The notes under the pieces: generated by a model
What the model was told of the DNA's origin: nothing
What the model saw: only the letters and a program-made list of their open reading frames with translations
The model's database searches: none
Shown here: positions 17,510 through 27,100 of the stretch, in pieces
Numbering within the stretch: the first letter of the stretch is position 1
Layout of the letters: each line of letters begins with the position of its first letter
Position numbers and translations under genes: made by a program
DNA from: Candidatus Fimihabitans intestinipullorum
Lineage (GTDB): Bacteria; Bacillota_I; Bacilli_A; RF39; UBA660
DNA length: 64,000 nt
Direction of reading: 5' to 3'
Assembly (NCBI GenBank): GCA_018714965.1
Contig: DVML01000007.1
Span: 74,610 to 138,609, forward strand

Positions 17510-18184
17510 ATGCTTGAATTAGAAAAATATGTACAAAAAGAGATTAAAATTGAACGAGTTAATTTTGAATGCGTTGATTTAAAAATTGTGCAAGATTTAG
17601 TGGAGTCATTAGAAAAAATGTTGGCGCTTTATCCTGAGATAAAGCCATTCATCCATGCGATAGGGACTAGACCGTTTTTGCAAAAATGCATAGATGAAAT
17701 CGAAATAAAAATGAAAGAAGAAGCAACGTTAGAAGAGCTTACACAAATGCGACAATATTTGGTTCAAAAAGAATCTTCCAATAATCCTATGATGCTTTTT
17801 CATTCGTATATGGATCAAGGGCAACCGTGTATTATGTTTGGATTAGAACCTTATTTGGAAGATTGTACACATCAAGAGCTAATCACTACAATAAAAAACA
17901 TCAAAAAACGCAATTCTATTACAACCGTGTACAATCCAAGTGTGATCATGTACCATGAATTTGGACATTGTCTTGATTTTTTATTAAGTGTAAGTTATGA
18001 TACAGAAATATTTTGTGCGATGATGCAAAAAGGGATAGATCCAGAAAGATATTGGTATACGGGGAGTGAATTATATGCAGATGCTTTTGCAGAATATTAT
18101 GCGAATCCTAATGCAGCTCCAATTTGTAATAAAGTTGTACAATATACCAACCGACAATATCATCGTCAATTTGTAAGGAAATGA
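17510..18184 (+). CDS. Putative zinc metalloprotease, HExxH (anthrax lethal factor/ATLF-like pattern)
   Basis: YHEFGHCLDF followed ~35 aa later by SELYADAFAEYY; start placed at the ATG behind GGAGG (track ORF begins at GTG 17474). Confidence 0.5.
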   Translation: MLELEKYVQKEIKIERVNFECVDLKIVQDLVESLEKMLALYPEIKPFIHAIGTRPFLQKCIDEIEIKMKEEATLEELTQMRQYLVQKESSNNPMMLFHSYMDQGQPCIMFGLEPYLEDCTHQELITTIKNIKKRNSITTVYNPSVIMYHEFGHCLDFLLSVSYDTEIFCAMMQKGIDPERYWYTGSELYADAFAEYYANPNAAPICNKVVQYTNRQYHRQFVRK

Positions 18185-18190
18185 TAAAGA

Positions 18191-18219
18191 AATCCTAAGT
18201 GAGATCACTTAGGATTTTA
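18191..18219. terminator. Bidirectional terminator between convergent genes
   Basis: AATCCTAAGTG-agat-CACTTAGGATT 11-bp perfect stem flanked by A/T runs. Confidence 0.7.
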
Positions 18220-18234
18220 TATTACATTGAAATA

Positions 18235-19581
18235 TTATTTTTTTTTGATGTGTGGAATTTCTATCTTTTGGTTAGAAAAGTTCCAATTCATTTGATAATC
18301 TGGCAATAATTTCGTTTTAATCGGCATCATTCTTGGAATTAAAATGACAGCTTCGAAACGCTTCATCATTTTTAACTCTTCTACTGTGATGAGTGGAATA
18401 ATCATGCCATGTTCTTCTTTATTACCACACATTTTACTAATTTCTTCTAGTGTTTCAATGTTGTTAGATAATAAATAAATTATATTTCGGAATGTCAATT
18501 TAATAATTTCAGCATCTTCTTTTCCATACAAGTTAGTAAGAGCTTGTAAACTTTGAATCACGGCAGTGATTCGAATAGAAAGACCACGTGCATAACTTGC
18601 GATATTATTGAAATCAACGATCGGCATAAGTTTATCAAACTCATCTAAGATAATATTCATACCATGATTTTTGTTATTGTATAGACGGATTACTTGATAA
18701 GCTTGATCTATGAATAGTGGAATAAAGGTACTACTATATGAACTAGTACCGCTAATCATAAATACCGCTGTCTTTTCTGTGACAATTGTTTTAAAGTCAA
18801 AATCTGTGCATGCCGTCATGTTAGAAAATTGAATTCTTGAAATATATTTTTTCAATTTCTGATTAGTAACAGATAAGATACTTCCTTTTGTTTCAGGTGG
18901 GGCTAATAAAGTCCCAACTAAATTCATATAAATTGTAGAAGTATGATCTAAGCTATCCATTAACTCTTTTGCCATGCTGATGTCTGATCCTTTTTTGTTT
19001 TCTTGCAACTCACAAGAAAATGTAAAAATTTTACGGAATGTAATATTTTCTTTTTTCTCGTTTTCGAATAAATATAGTACAAGTCCAGTAAAATAATCGA
19101 TAGATGTATTTATCCAGAATGGGTCCCCTTGATAATGAGGTTCTGCAAAGATGTAGTGGGCGATATGTTCTACTAATTCGAGTGCTAGATCTTGTTTACC
19201 TGCATGGTATAAGTCGTATGGAAAAGTAAATGGATTCCAACAGTTTCCTCTTTCTAAACGATCTAAATCTAAAATGATTGTTTGATAACCGCGTTCTTTT
19301 AATTCTCCAGATACAAGTTCGTATAATTCACCTTTGCAATCATTTACGATAAGTGATTTTCCTGTTTGAATTCCAAGACGAATTTCCGGTAACATACAAG
19401 CTTGCGTTTTTCCAGATCCTTGCGAAGCAATGACAAGAGTATGTCCTGTTTCCTCATTGACGTATAGTGTGTTTCCTTCATATCCCATAGGAATACCAGA
19501 AACCGTTTTATTTTGTTCTGGAATGACCGGTGTTAGAATCTTTGCTAACTCTTCCTTGCTTGACCATCTTGCATAATGCAT
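18235..19581 (-). CDS. VirD4/TraG/TraD-like type IV coupling protein family ATPase (soluble, orphan)
   Basis: Walker A SQGSGKTQ, Walker B NIILDEFDKL, coupling-protein-like RGLSIRITAVIQSLQALTNLYG; no N-terminal TM helices. Confidence 0.65.
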   Translation of the reverse strand: MHYARWSSKEELAKILTPVIPEQNKTVSGIPMGYEGNTLYVNEETGHTLVIASQGSGKTQACMLPEIRLGIQTGKSLIVNDCKGELYELVSGELKERGYQTIILDLDRLERGNCWNPFTFPYDLYHAGKQDLALELVEHIAHYIFAEPHYQGDPFWINTSIDYFTGLVLYLFENEKKENITFRKIFTFSCELQENKKGSDISMAKELMDSLDHTSTIYMNLVGTLLAPPETKGSILSVTNQKLKKYISRIQFSNMTACTDFDFKTIVTEKTAVFMISGTSSYSSTFIPLFIDQAYQVIRLYNNKNHGMNIILDEFDKLMPIVDFNNIASYARGLSIRITAVIQSLQALTNLYGKEDAEIIKLTFRNIIYLLSNNIETLEEISKMCGNKEEHGMIIPLITVEELKMMKRFEAVILIPRMMPIKTKLLPDYQMNWNFSNQKIEIPHIKKK

Positions 19582-19676
19582 ATTTCTCCCTCCTTTCTAA
19601 CCACAGTATAACACCTCTATAAACAAAAAGTTAAACAATAATGAACTTATGGTATAATAGTGCTAGGGTGGTTTTT

Positions 19677-20138
19677 ATGTATTCTGATGAACTGGTATGT
19701 GATATGTTGAATTACATTCATGATCATTTGTATGAAACGATATCGATGGATGAATTAAGTAGACGATTTTTTTACGATAAAAGTTATCTTATGAGAAAAT
19801 TTAAAAAAGCGTTAGGAATGACAATTGGTTATTATGTCAATGCGATGCGAATTTATAATAGCTTGTCTTCTTATCAAACGGGGGATTCCGTATTAAAAAT
19901 TGCGCTATTTCATGGTTTTCACTCTATCGAATATTATAGTGAGGTGTTTCGCTCAATGATGGGAGTGAGTCCTAGAACATATAAAAAGTTTGTTCAATAT
20001 CGCTATTATGAAAATGAAGATGAATACTATAAAATGACAACAACAGTTGTCCAACTACAGTCTTTAAAGAAATTTGTATCTGATTATCAGAGTCGTAGAA
20101 AACCAGTAAAATTACCGGTCAAGAAAATTCGTTTGTAA
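19677..20138 (+). CDS. AraC family transcriptional regulator
   Basis: Two HTH_AraC units (ISMDELSRRFFYDKSYLMRKFKKALGMT; GFHSIEYYSEVFRSMMGVSPRTYKK). Confidence 0.8.
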   Translation: MYSDELVCDMLNYIHDHLYETISMDELSRRFFYDKSYLMRKFKKALGMTIGYYVNAMRIYNSLSSYQTGDSVLKIALFHGFHSIEYYSEVFRSMMGVSPRTYKKFVQYRYYENEDEYYKMTTTVVQLQSLKKFVSDYQSRRKPVKLPVKKIRL

Positions 20139-20202
20139 TGATATTATCCTATCTATTTCAGTTGGATAGTGTTATAATGATAGTAAGAATAGAGGTGGAA
20201 AA

Positions 20203-20904
20203 ATGCCTTATATAGAATTAAAAGATGTTAAAAAAGAATATCAGATGGGTGAAGTAAAAATCACCGCATTAGCAGGGGTTAATTTTTCTGTGGAAAAAGG
20301 AGAATTGGTCGTCGTGCTAGGACCATCTGGAGCAGGAAAGACGACAGTGTTAAATATTCTTGGAGGAATGGATACGTGTGATAGTGGACATATTTTAGTA
20401 GATGGGAACGATATATCCAAATACTCACGTCGTAAATTAGTAGAATATCGGCGGTTTGATATTGGGTTTGTATTTCAATTTTATAATCTAGTTCAAAATT
20501 TAACCGCTTTGGAAAATGTCGAACTTGCAAGTCAGATTTGTAAGAATCCATTAGATCCTGTAAAAGTGATGGATCAAGTTGGTTTGAAGGGAAGGTTAAA
20601 AAACTTTCCTGCGCAACTTTCAGGCGGAGAACAACAGCGAGTTGCCATTGCACGTGCTATTGCGAAGAATCCTAAATTATTATTGTGTGATGAACCGACA
20701 GGTGCATTGGACTCTAAAACAGGTAAGAAAATTTTAGAATTGTTACAAAAGACATCTCATGAAATGGGAATGACGACAATCATCATTACGCACAATGCGA
20801 TGATTGCAGAAATTGCCGATCGAGTCGTCCGTATGAAAAACGGAAAAATTATCGAGGAGACATTGAACGATCATCCATTACCAGTTTCGGAGATTGATTG
20901 GTAA
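20203..20904 (+). CDS. ABC transporter ATP-binding protein (MacB/LolD-FtsE type)
   Basis: [35 protein letters not shown]. Confidence 0.9.
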   Translation: MPYIELKDVKKEYQMGEVKITALAGVNFSVEKGELVVVLGPSGAGKTTVLNILGGMDTCDSGHILVDGNDISKYSRRKLVEYRRFDIGFVFQFYNLVQNLTALENVELASQICKNPLDPVKVMDQVGLKGRLKNFPAQLSGGEQQRVAIARAIAKNPKLLLCDEPTGALDSKTGKKILELLQKTSHEMGMTTIIITHNAMIAEIADRVVRMKNGKIIEETLNDHPLPVSEIDW

Positions 20905-23480
20905 TGAAATTACTATACAAAGATGCAATTCTAAAAATTAAAGAGTCCTTTGGAAGGTTTTTATCAGTTTTATTAATTGTAGCGTTAGGAGTCGGTTTTT
21001 TTGCGGGACTTAGAGAAGCAACTCCTGACATGTTCTATACTTTAGATCATTATTATGACGAACATAATTTAATGGATTTTAAAATTGTAAGTACTGCGGG
21101 ACTTACTGTGGATGATGTTCGTTCTTTAAAAGAACTTGAACATGTCGAAAAAGTGGTTCCAAGTTATTCTCTCGATGCACTAGAAGAAGGAAATGCAGTA
21201 AGAGTACATTCGCTTGAAGATGATATAAATCAAGTGGAACTAATAGATGGTAGAATGCCAACAGAAAAGAATGAATGTTTAGCTGACAACAAACATTACA
21301 AAGTGGGAGATACCATCACATTAGATTCAGAAAATGTGGGAAATCAATTAGAAGAGATAGAATATCGTGTAGTAGGTACAGTAGATTCTGTTTTATATGT
21401 AGGAGTTGAAAAAGGAATTTCTACGGTTGGAAATGGAAAATTAAATTCGTTTCTATTTGTACCAAAAGAAAACTTTAAAACACCATACTATACGGAAGTA
21501 TATTTAACTGCGAAAAATACAAAAGAGAAGGAATCTTATTCCAAGGCATACGAGGAAGAGAGAGAATATTTAAATCAAGAACTTTTAGAATTAAAACCGA
21601 TTCGTGAGACAAAACGATATGAAGAGTTAAAAGAACAAGCAGCAAGTCAGATCCTGCTATTAGAACAGTCAATCGCTTCGCAAAGACAAAAAATAACGGA
21701 AATGACACAATATGGTATTCGACCATCCCAAGCAGAAAGAGAGATTTGGAATCAACAAATTCAATTGATGGAAGAACAAGTAACACTAGCAAAACAAGAG
21801 CTAGAAACATTGCCGAAACCGGAGTGGTATCTACTAGACAGAACGGATCAAACAGGATATACTGCGCTTCGTGATGATATAAACAAAGTAGATGCGATCG
21901 CACAAGTTTTTCCGGTATTTTTTATACTTGTTGCAGCATTGATGTGCTTTAATACAATGACGCGTATGATCGAAGAAGAGAGGACGCAAATCGGAATTTT
22001 ATCTTCTCTCGGATACAGTCGTTTAAAAATTATTCACAGTTATATTTTCTATGTCTTAATTGCAACGATTTTAGGAGTTACGATTGGACTATTGGTAGGA
22101 TATACGACGATTCCAAATATTATTTACAATATTTATCACACGAATTATATTTTGCCTGATTTAATTGTGCAGGTAAAATGGGGACCATTTGCTCTGATCG
22201 TTGGAATTACTATTTTACTAATGTGTGTTGTAACGATATTTGCGGTTATGAAAGAATTGAGCGAAAAACCAGCGGTTTTACTTAGACCGAAAGCACCTAA
22301 GATGGGAAAGAAGGTATTATTAGAACGCGTTCCAATTTTATGGAAACACTTTACCTTTACATGGAAGGTTACGAGTAGAAATATCTTTCGTTATAAAAAA
22401 CGTGTATTTATGACGATCATTGGTATTTTAGGATGTACAGCATTACTTTTAACTGGTTTTGGTCTTAGAGATGACATCAATAGATTAGGTGACTTACAAT
22501 ATGGAGAATTGATTCACTATGATGCGATTGTTGGTTTAAAAACTCCGGCGACAACGATAGAGCCAGAATTGCACCAAGTATTAGAAACATCGAAAGTAGA
22601 AAAGACGATCCCATTATATCAAGAGACTATGAAGTTCTACGCAGGAGAAGAAAATCATGATGTATACATGATGGCGATGCCAAGTGATAGAGATATTTCT
22701 GATTTTATTACACTTCGATCACAAGATGATCAAAAGAAGGTAGAACTTAAAGATGATGGCGTCGTTATCACGGAGAAGATGGCACAACTATTGGGAGCGG
22801 AAAAAGATGGATTTATTAAGGTTCGCAACAGTCAAAATGAATTATTTGTGCTGCATGTAACAGATATCGTTGAAAATTATACTATGCATTACATTTATAT
22901 GAATGAAGTATATTACAGAGAAATTTTTGGATCTGATATGGAGTACAATGTCATTATGATAAAGGGCTTAGATGTAAAGGAAGATGCGTTTGCGCAAGAT
23001 TTGATCAATAGTGGAACGGTTACTTCTGTCAACTTTACAAGTGACAATACAGCGCTTTTCGATCGGATGGTAGATGGTCTCAATCAGATTATATACTTGA
23101 TTATTATTGCGGCCTCAATGCTTGCATTTGTCGTATTATACAATTTGACTGCGATTAATATCATGGAGAGAATGAGAGAGATTGCAACGTTGAAAGTACT
23201 TGGTTTTTACGACAAAGAGGTGTCAAGTTATGTATATCGAGAGACGTTCTTATTGACAGTGCTTGGAAGTTTCATTGGACTTATAGTTGGAATTGCGCTG
23301 CACCGATATGTGATGCTAGTTGCGGAGACAGATGATATTATGTTTTTGAAACAGATCGAGCCACTTAGTTATCTTTACGCTTTTGTGATTACGATACTGT
23401 TAAGTGCAGTCATTCAAATATTTACGTATTTTAAATTGAAAAAAATCGATATGATCTCATCTTTGAAGTCAGTAGAATAA
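20898..23480 (+). CDS. FtsX-like ABC transporter permease with duplicated FtsX domains
   Basis: 860 aa; overlaps the ATPase gene; two 4-TM FtsX-type modules each preceded by a large extracytoplasmic domain. Confidence 0.8.
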   Translation: MVMKLLYKDAILKIKESFGRFLSVLLIVALGVGFFAGLREATPDMFYTLDHYYDEHNLMDFKIVSTAGLTVDDVRSLKELEHVEKVVPSYSLDALEEGNAVRVHSLEDDINQVELIDGRMPTEKNECLADNKHYKVGDTITLDSENVGNQLEEIEYRVVGTVDSVLYVGVEKGISTVGNGKLNSFLFVPKENFKTPYYTEVYLTAKNTKEKESYSKAYEEEREYLNQELLELKPIRETKRYEELKEQAASQILLLEQSIASQRQKITEMTQYGIRPSQAEREIWNQQIQLMEEQVTLAKQELETLPKPEWYLLDRTDQTGYTALRDDINKVDAIAQVFPVFFILVAALMCFNTMTRMIEEERTQIGILSSLGYSRLKIIHSYIFYVLIATILGVTIGLLVGYTTIPNIIYNIYHTNYILPDLIVQVKWGPFALIVGITILLMCVVTIFAVMKELSEKPAVLLRPKAPKMGKKVLLERVPILWKHFTFTWKVTSRNIFRYKKRVFMTIIGILGCTALLLTGFGLRDDINRLGDLQYGELIHYDAIVGLKTPATTIEPELHQVLETSKVEKTIPLYQETMKFYAGEENHDVYMMAMPSDRDISDFITLRSQDDQKKVELKDDGVVITEKMAQLLGAEKDGFIKVRNSQNELFVLHVTDIVENYTMHYIYMNEVYYREIFGSDMEYNVIMIKGLDVKEDAFAQDLINSGTVTSVNFTSDNTALFDRMVDGLNQIIYLIIIAASMLAFVVLYNLTAINIMERMREIATLKVLGFYDKEVSSYVYRETFLLTVLGSFIGLIVGIALHRYVMLVAETDDIMFLKQIEPLSYLYAFVITILLSAVIQIFTYFKLKKIDMISSLKSVE

Positions 23481-23540
23481 CAGTTGATCATAGAAATAAT
23501 TTATAGGCATATAATATAGTGTATCTAGCAATAGATATGA

Positions 23541-23576
23541 GGGAAACTCGTAGTGTTACGGTTTCCTTTTTTTTTG
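23541..23576 (+). terminator. Rho-independent terminator after the permease gene
   Basis: GGGAAAC ... GTTTCC hairpin followed by TTTTTTTTT. Confidence 0.6.
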
Positions 23577-23675
23577 TCTAAAATTTCCAGTGTAAAGTGA
23601 TGTGTTCTTAAAGCTCTACTCTATACTTTGTCGACATATTTTGATATAATAATATAGAAGAATAGGAGGAATCAA

Positions 23676-26600
23676 ATGAAGAAAATATTAAACATACTGT
23701 TAGTATTTACCATATTATTTTCATGTTTTATTCCACCTTATGAATATCAAGAAGTAAAAGCGGATACTTATCCTCAATATGCGATTGTTAATTTTAGAAC
23801 AAAGTCTTGTGATGTGAATACATATTATACAACTGATACAGGACTTTCTGGATATACCAATGGTTGTTATGGGGCTGATGCAGCTTTTTTAGGGATTGAA
23901 AACGGAAAGGTAAAATTTAAATTGTCTGGGGTTGTCGGGTATGTTAATCCAAGCGAAGTTGAAATTCGAAATATGGACCCTGAGATTCCAACAACATATA
24001 TTTCTAATTATATCGTTGAAGATGGTAGGATAAAACATGTGATACAACAAAATGTGAATTATTACAATTCTGCAAATGTGATCTCAATTGGAAGGGCACC
24101 AGAAGGGCTAGCAAATGGTATTTATTATAGTTATGACGGAATATATTTTTACGAAGGTACTTTGAATGGTTTTAAAAAAATGATTGATGATTATAAAGAA
24201 GGTGCACATTATCGGGCGTTGAATGCAACAAAACCTTATTATAATTATTATCTATATTTGCCTGTTAGAACTATTAGCAATTATACAGTAGAAGATATTG
24301 CTTATGATTTATCTACTTATAATAGTAAAATGACTTCTTATCCACCTGCTTCAAATGAATCACACCTCTATGGAGAAGAATTATCTTTTATTGAGTATCA
24401 AGGAGAATATGGCGTTAATGCTATTATGAGTTTAAGCCTGGCTAAAAATGAAAGCAATATGGGAAGAAGTAAAATTGCTTATAACAAGAATAATTTATTT
24501 GGAATGGCAGCCTATGATAGTAGTACTGGCTCAGCTTTTAGTTTTAAGACAGTAAGGGAAGGAATTAAATATTTCAATAAAACTATGATTTCAGAGGGAT
24601 ATTTAGATCCTAAGGATAAAGGAAATCGTTATCATGGTGGTCATGTAGGAAATAAAGGCAGCGGATTTAATGTAAAGTATGCATCAGACCCTTATTGGGG
24701 AGAAAAGGAAGCGTCATATTATTATAATTTTGATCGCATTTATGGAAATCAAGATTATAATAAAGAAAAAATTGGAATAAAAACAAATGATCAAATATAT
24801 CCAATTAGAAAAGAACCAGATAACAATGCAACAATTTTATATCAAACGACGAATGAACGAAATATTCCGTTTGTTATTTTAGAAGAGGTCATGGTTGGAA
24901 ATCAAAAATGGTATAAAGTTCAAACGGATCCGACTTTAACAGAAGATAGGAGTCAAGTATTACAAGATAATGGAGCTTATAATTTTAATCAAAACTATGG
25001 ATATATTCGTGCTGATTATATAGGATATGTAAGCAATGGAAATGGTCAAAAAGCAAAATACACCATTGAGTTTAATCCAAATGGTGGACATTTTCCAGAT
25101 AGAACAGAGACTTCAAGTAAGAAAATTACTGTAGAAGAATATACAGTGCCACAAGTTCAAAGTCCTGTTAGAGATGGATATACTTTCGTAGGATGGAATG
25201 AAACTGTAATACCTGCACAAGAAAATAAGACATATGTTGCTGTATGGAAAAGTCCAACACCACAAAAATATAATATTATTTTTGATGCGAATGGAGGAAA
25301 ATTTAATGATGGAACGACAACGAAATCGCAAAGTGTTGAAGAAGGAAACAAACCAACAGTACCGGAATCACCTACTAGAGATGGTTACGTTTTTAAAGGA
25401 TGGGATAGTGAAATATCTTTAGTAACAGGAAATAAAACGTATACTGCAGTTTGGGAGAAAGTACCAAAAAAATATGAGATTACATTTGATGCAGACGGAG
25501 GAAAATTTAGTGACGGAAGTACTTCTAAAGTTGTAACGGCAATAGAAGGTGAAAAACCTCAAACAATTGAAAATCCAATTAGGGAAGGATATATTTTTAA
25601 GGGATGGAGTCCAGAAATTGTAAGTGCAACAAAAAATACGACATATACTGCAATTTGGGAAAAAGAAAAAGAAATCTACACTGTTACATTTGATGCAAAC
25701 GGTGGAAGTTTCGAAGATGGAAGTAAAAAGCAAGAGCAAAAGGTAGAAGAGGGAACGAAGCCTACAGAACCGAAAGCACCAACAAAGAAAGGATATCGAT
25801 TTATTGGTTGGGACCAGACTGTAACAGAAGCAGTAGAAAATGTGACATATAAAGCAGTATGGGAAGCAGTAAAAACATACGAAATTACGTTTGATGCAAA
25901 TGGAGGTAAGTTTGAAAATCAAAAAGATACATTAACTGTAAATGTTGAAGAAAATCAAAAACCTACAGTAAATATACCAACGAAAAAGGGTTATGTTTTC
26001 CAAGGATGGGATCCAGAAATTACAACTGCCACAAAAAATACAACATATAAAGCAATATGGAAAGAATTATCATTAGATGATTTAGGAGAAAAAAATGGAT
26101 TATTTTATGTTGATTCTTTTCAAAAACAAGATGGTAAATTAAAATTTAAAGGATATAATACAATTGAAGGCATTGATAATAATTTAGATACCAATATTGA
26201 GTATACATTAATATTTAAAAATGTTGAGACTCAAGAGGAAGTGTTATCTCAAAATGCAACGAGAATTACAAATAAGGAAAATCATCCGTTTGAAATATAT
26301 AGTGTAGACGGAAAAGATTATACTTACGCATGGTTTGAAATGGAGATTGATTTTAGTAAGCTTCCTGAAGGAAATTATATTATGTATATGGTTTCAAATA
26401 CTGATCAATACTATTCTAAGAAAACAGTAAATAATCTTACTAATAGTGTACAGAGTGCTAATTATAGCCAGGGAGATAAAAATATAATAATTCGAAACAA
26501 CTATAATTATGAAAATAGCCCAATTGAATTAATTGTCCGCAATAAAAGTAACATGAATGTTCAAAAAAATGTGGGAACATATTATAATCAATTTGATACT

Positions 26601-27032
26601 TATACAATATTTGAATTTACCCCTGATAATTTACTACACATAAGAGGTTTATCATATTCTTATGGAATGAATTTGAGCAACCAAGGTGTAACTAATCGAA
26701 GTTTATTATTCGAAAATGTTGAAACATATCAAGTTTATTCTAAAACGCTAGGATATATTACGAATGGTGATTATATGGCACCGTTACCTGAAAATGATTC
26801 TTTGGGAAAAGAAAGAGCTTGGTATGATAAATCAATTAATTTAAGTGATATTCCTAAAGGAACATACATATTATATACAACTACGACATCTCAAGGAAAG
26901 ACAGATATTTCGGAAATGACGGAGAAAATGGGACGCTCTTTGGAAGACGTAGTAAAAGTAATCGATGGAAAACGCTATTCTTTCCACATCAATTATGAAA
27001 GAGGAAGCAGAATTGAAATGGTAGTAGAGTAA
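23676..27032 (+). CDS. Secreted cell-surface protein: GH73 N-acetylglucosaminidase, SH3b-like domain and five Listeria-Bacteroides (Flg_new) repeats
   Basis: Signal peptide; GH73-like LAKNESNMGRSKIAYNKNNLFGMAAYD; five repeats of TFDANGGKF...GY.F.GW...TY.A.W. Confidence 0.8.
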   Translation: MKKILNILLVFTILFSCFIPPYEYQEVKADTYPQYAIVNFRTKSCDVNTYYTTDTGLSGYTNGCYGADAAFLGIENGKVKFKLSGVVGYVNPSEVEIRNMDPEIPTTYISNYIVEDGRIKHVIQQNVNYYNSANVISIGRAPEGLANGIYYSYDGIYFYEGTLNGFKKMIDDYKEGAHYRALNATKPYYNYYLYLPVRTISNYTVEDIAYDLSTYNSKMTSYPPASNESHLYGEELSFIEYQGEYGVNAIMSLSLAKNESNMGRSKIAYNKNNLFGMAAYDSSTGSAFSFKTVREGIKYFNKTMISEGYLDPKDKGNRYHGGHVGNKGSGFNVKYASDPYWGEKEASYYYNFDRIYGNQDYNKEKIGIKTNDQIYPIRKEPDNNATILYQTTNERNIPFVILEEVMVGNQKWYKVQTDPTLTEDRSQVLQDNGAYNFNQNYGYIRADYIGYVSNGNGQKAKYTIEFNPNGGHFPDRTETSSKKITVEEYTVPQVQSPVRDGYTFVGWNETVIPAQENKTYVAVWKSPTPQKYNIIFDANGGKFNDGTTTKSQSVEEGNKPTVPESPTRDGYVFKGWDSEISLVTGNKTYTAVWEKVPKKYEITFDADGGKFSDGSTSKVVTAIEGEKPQTIENPIREGYIFKGWSPEIVSATKNTTYTAIWEKEKEIYTVTFDANGGSFEDGSKKQEQKVEEGTKPTEPKAPTKKGYRFIGWDQTVTEAVENVTYKAVWEAVKTYEITFDANGGKFENQKDTLTVNVEENQKPTVNIPTKKGYVFQGWDPEITTATKNTTYKAIWKELSLDDLGEKNGLFYVDSFQKQDGKLKFKGYNTIEGIDNNLDTNIEYTLIFKNVETQEEVLSQNATRITNKENHPFEIYSVDGKDYTYAWFEMEIDFSKLPEGNYIMYMVSNTDQYYSKKTVNNLTNSVQSANYSQGDKNIIIRNNYNYENSPIELIVRNKSNMNVQKNVGTYYNQFDTYTIFEFTPDNLLHIRGLSYSYGMNLSNQGVTNRSLLFENVETYQVYSKTLGYITNGDYMAPLPENDSLGKERAWYDKSINLSDIPKGTYILYTTTTSQGKTDISEMTEKMGRSLEDVVKVIDGKRYSFHINYERGSRIEMVVE
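25056..26064 (+). repeat. Five tandem coding repeats of about 205-215 nt (Flg_new units)
   Basis: Repeated KY.I.FDANGGKF.DG...P....P.R.GY.F.GW......T....TY.A.W units read from the translation. Confidence 0.8.
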
Positions 27033-27042
27033 CAAGATAAAA

Positions 27043-27066
27043 GGAACAGTGACATGTTCCTTTTTT
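27043..27066 (+). terminator. Terminator after the surface protein gene
   Basis: GGAACA-gtgaca-TGTTCC plus TTTTTT. Confidence 0.65.
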
Positions 27067-27069
27067 GGT

Positions 27070-27099
27070 TAAAAAAACTGTACATTGAAATTGTACAGT
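27070..27099 (-). terminator. Terminator of the minus-strand PASTA gene
   Basis: ACTGTACA-loop-TGTACAGT; the A-run on the + side gives a U-run on the minus transcript. Confidence 0.6.
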
Positions 27100-27100
27100 T

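Noticed and set aside
14208-23675. Direct repeat of the ssrA 3' end (attR) that would delimit an integrated island
   Set aside because: Scanning the intergenic regions by eye found no copy of TCCGATCATCTCCACCA or a long partial match. A computational search is needed before excluding short or degenerate repeats.
25419-25922. 167-aa minus-strand ORF
   Set aside because: It lies entirely antisense to the Flg_new repeat region of the surface protein gene. It is Cys/Phe-rich low-complexity translation with no RBS, an artefact of repeat composition.
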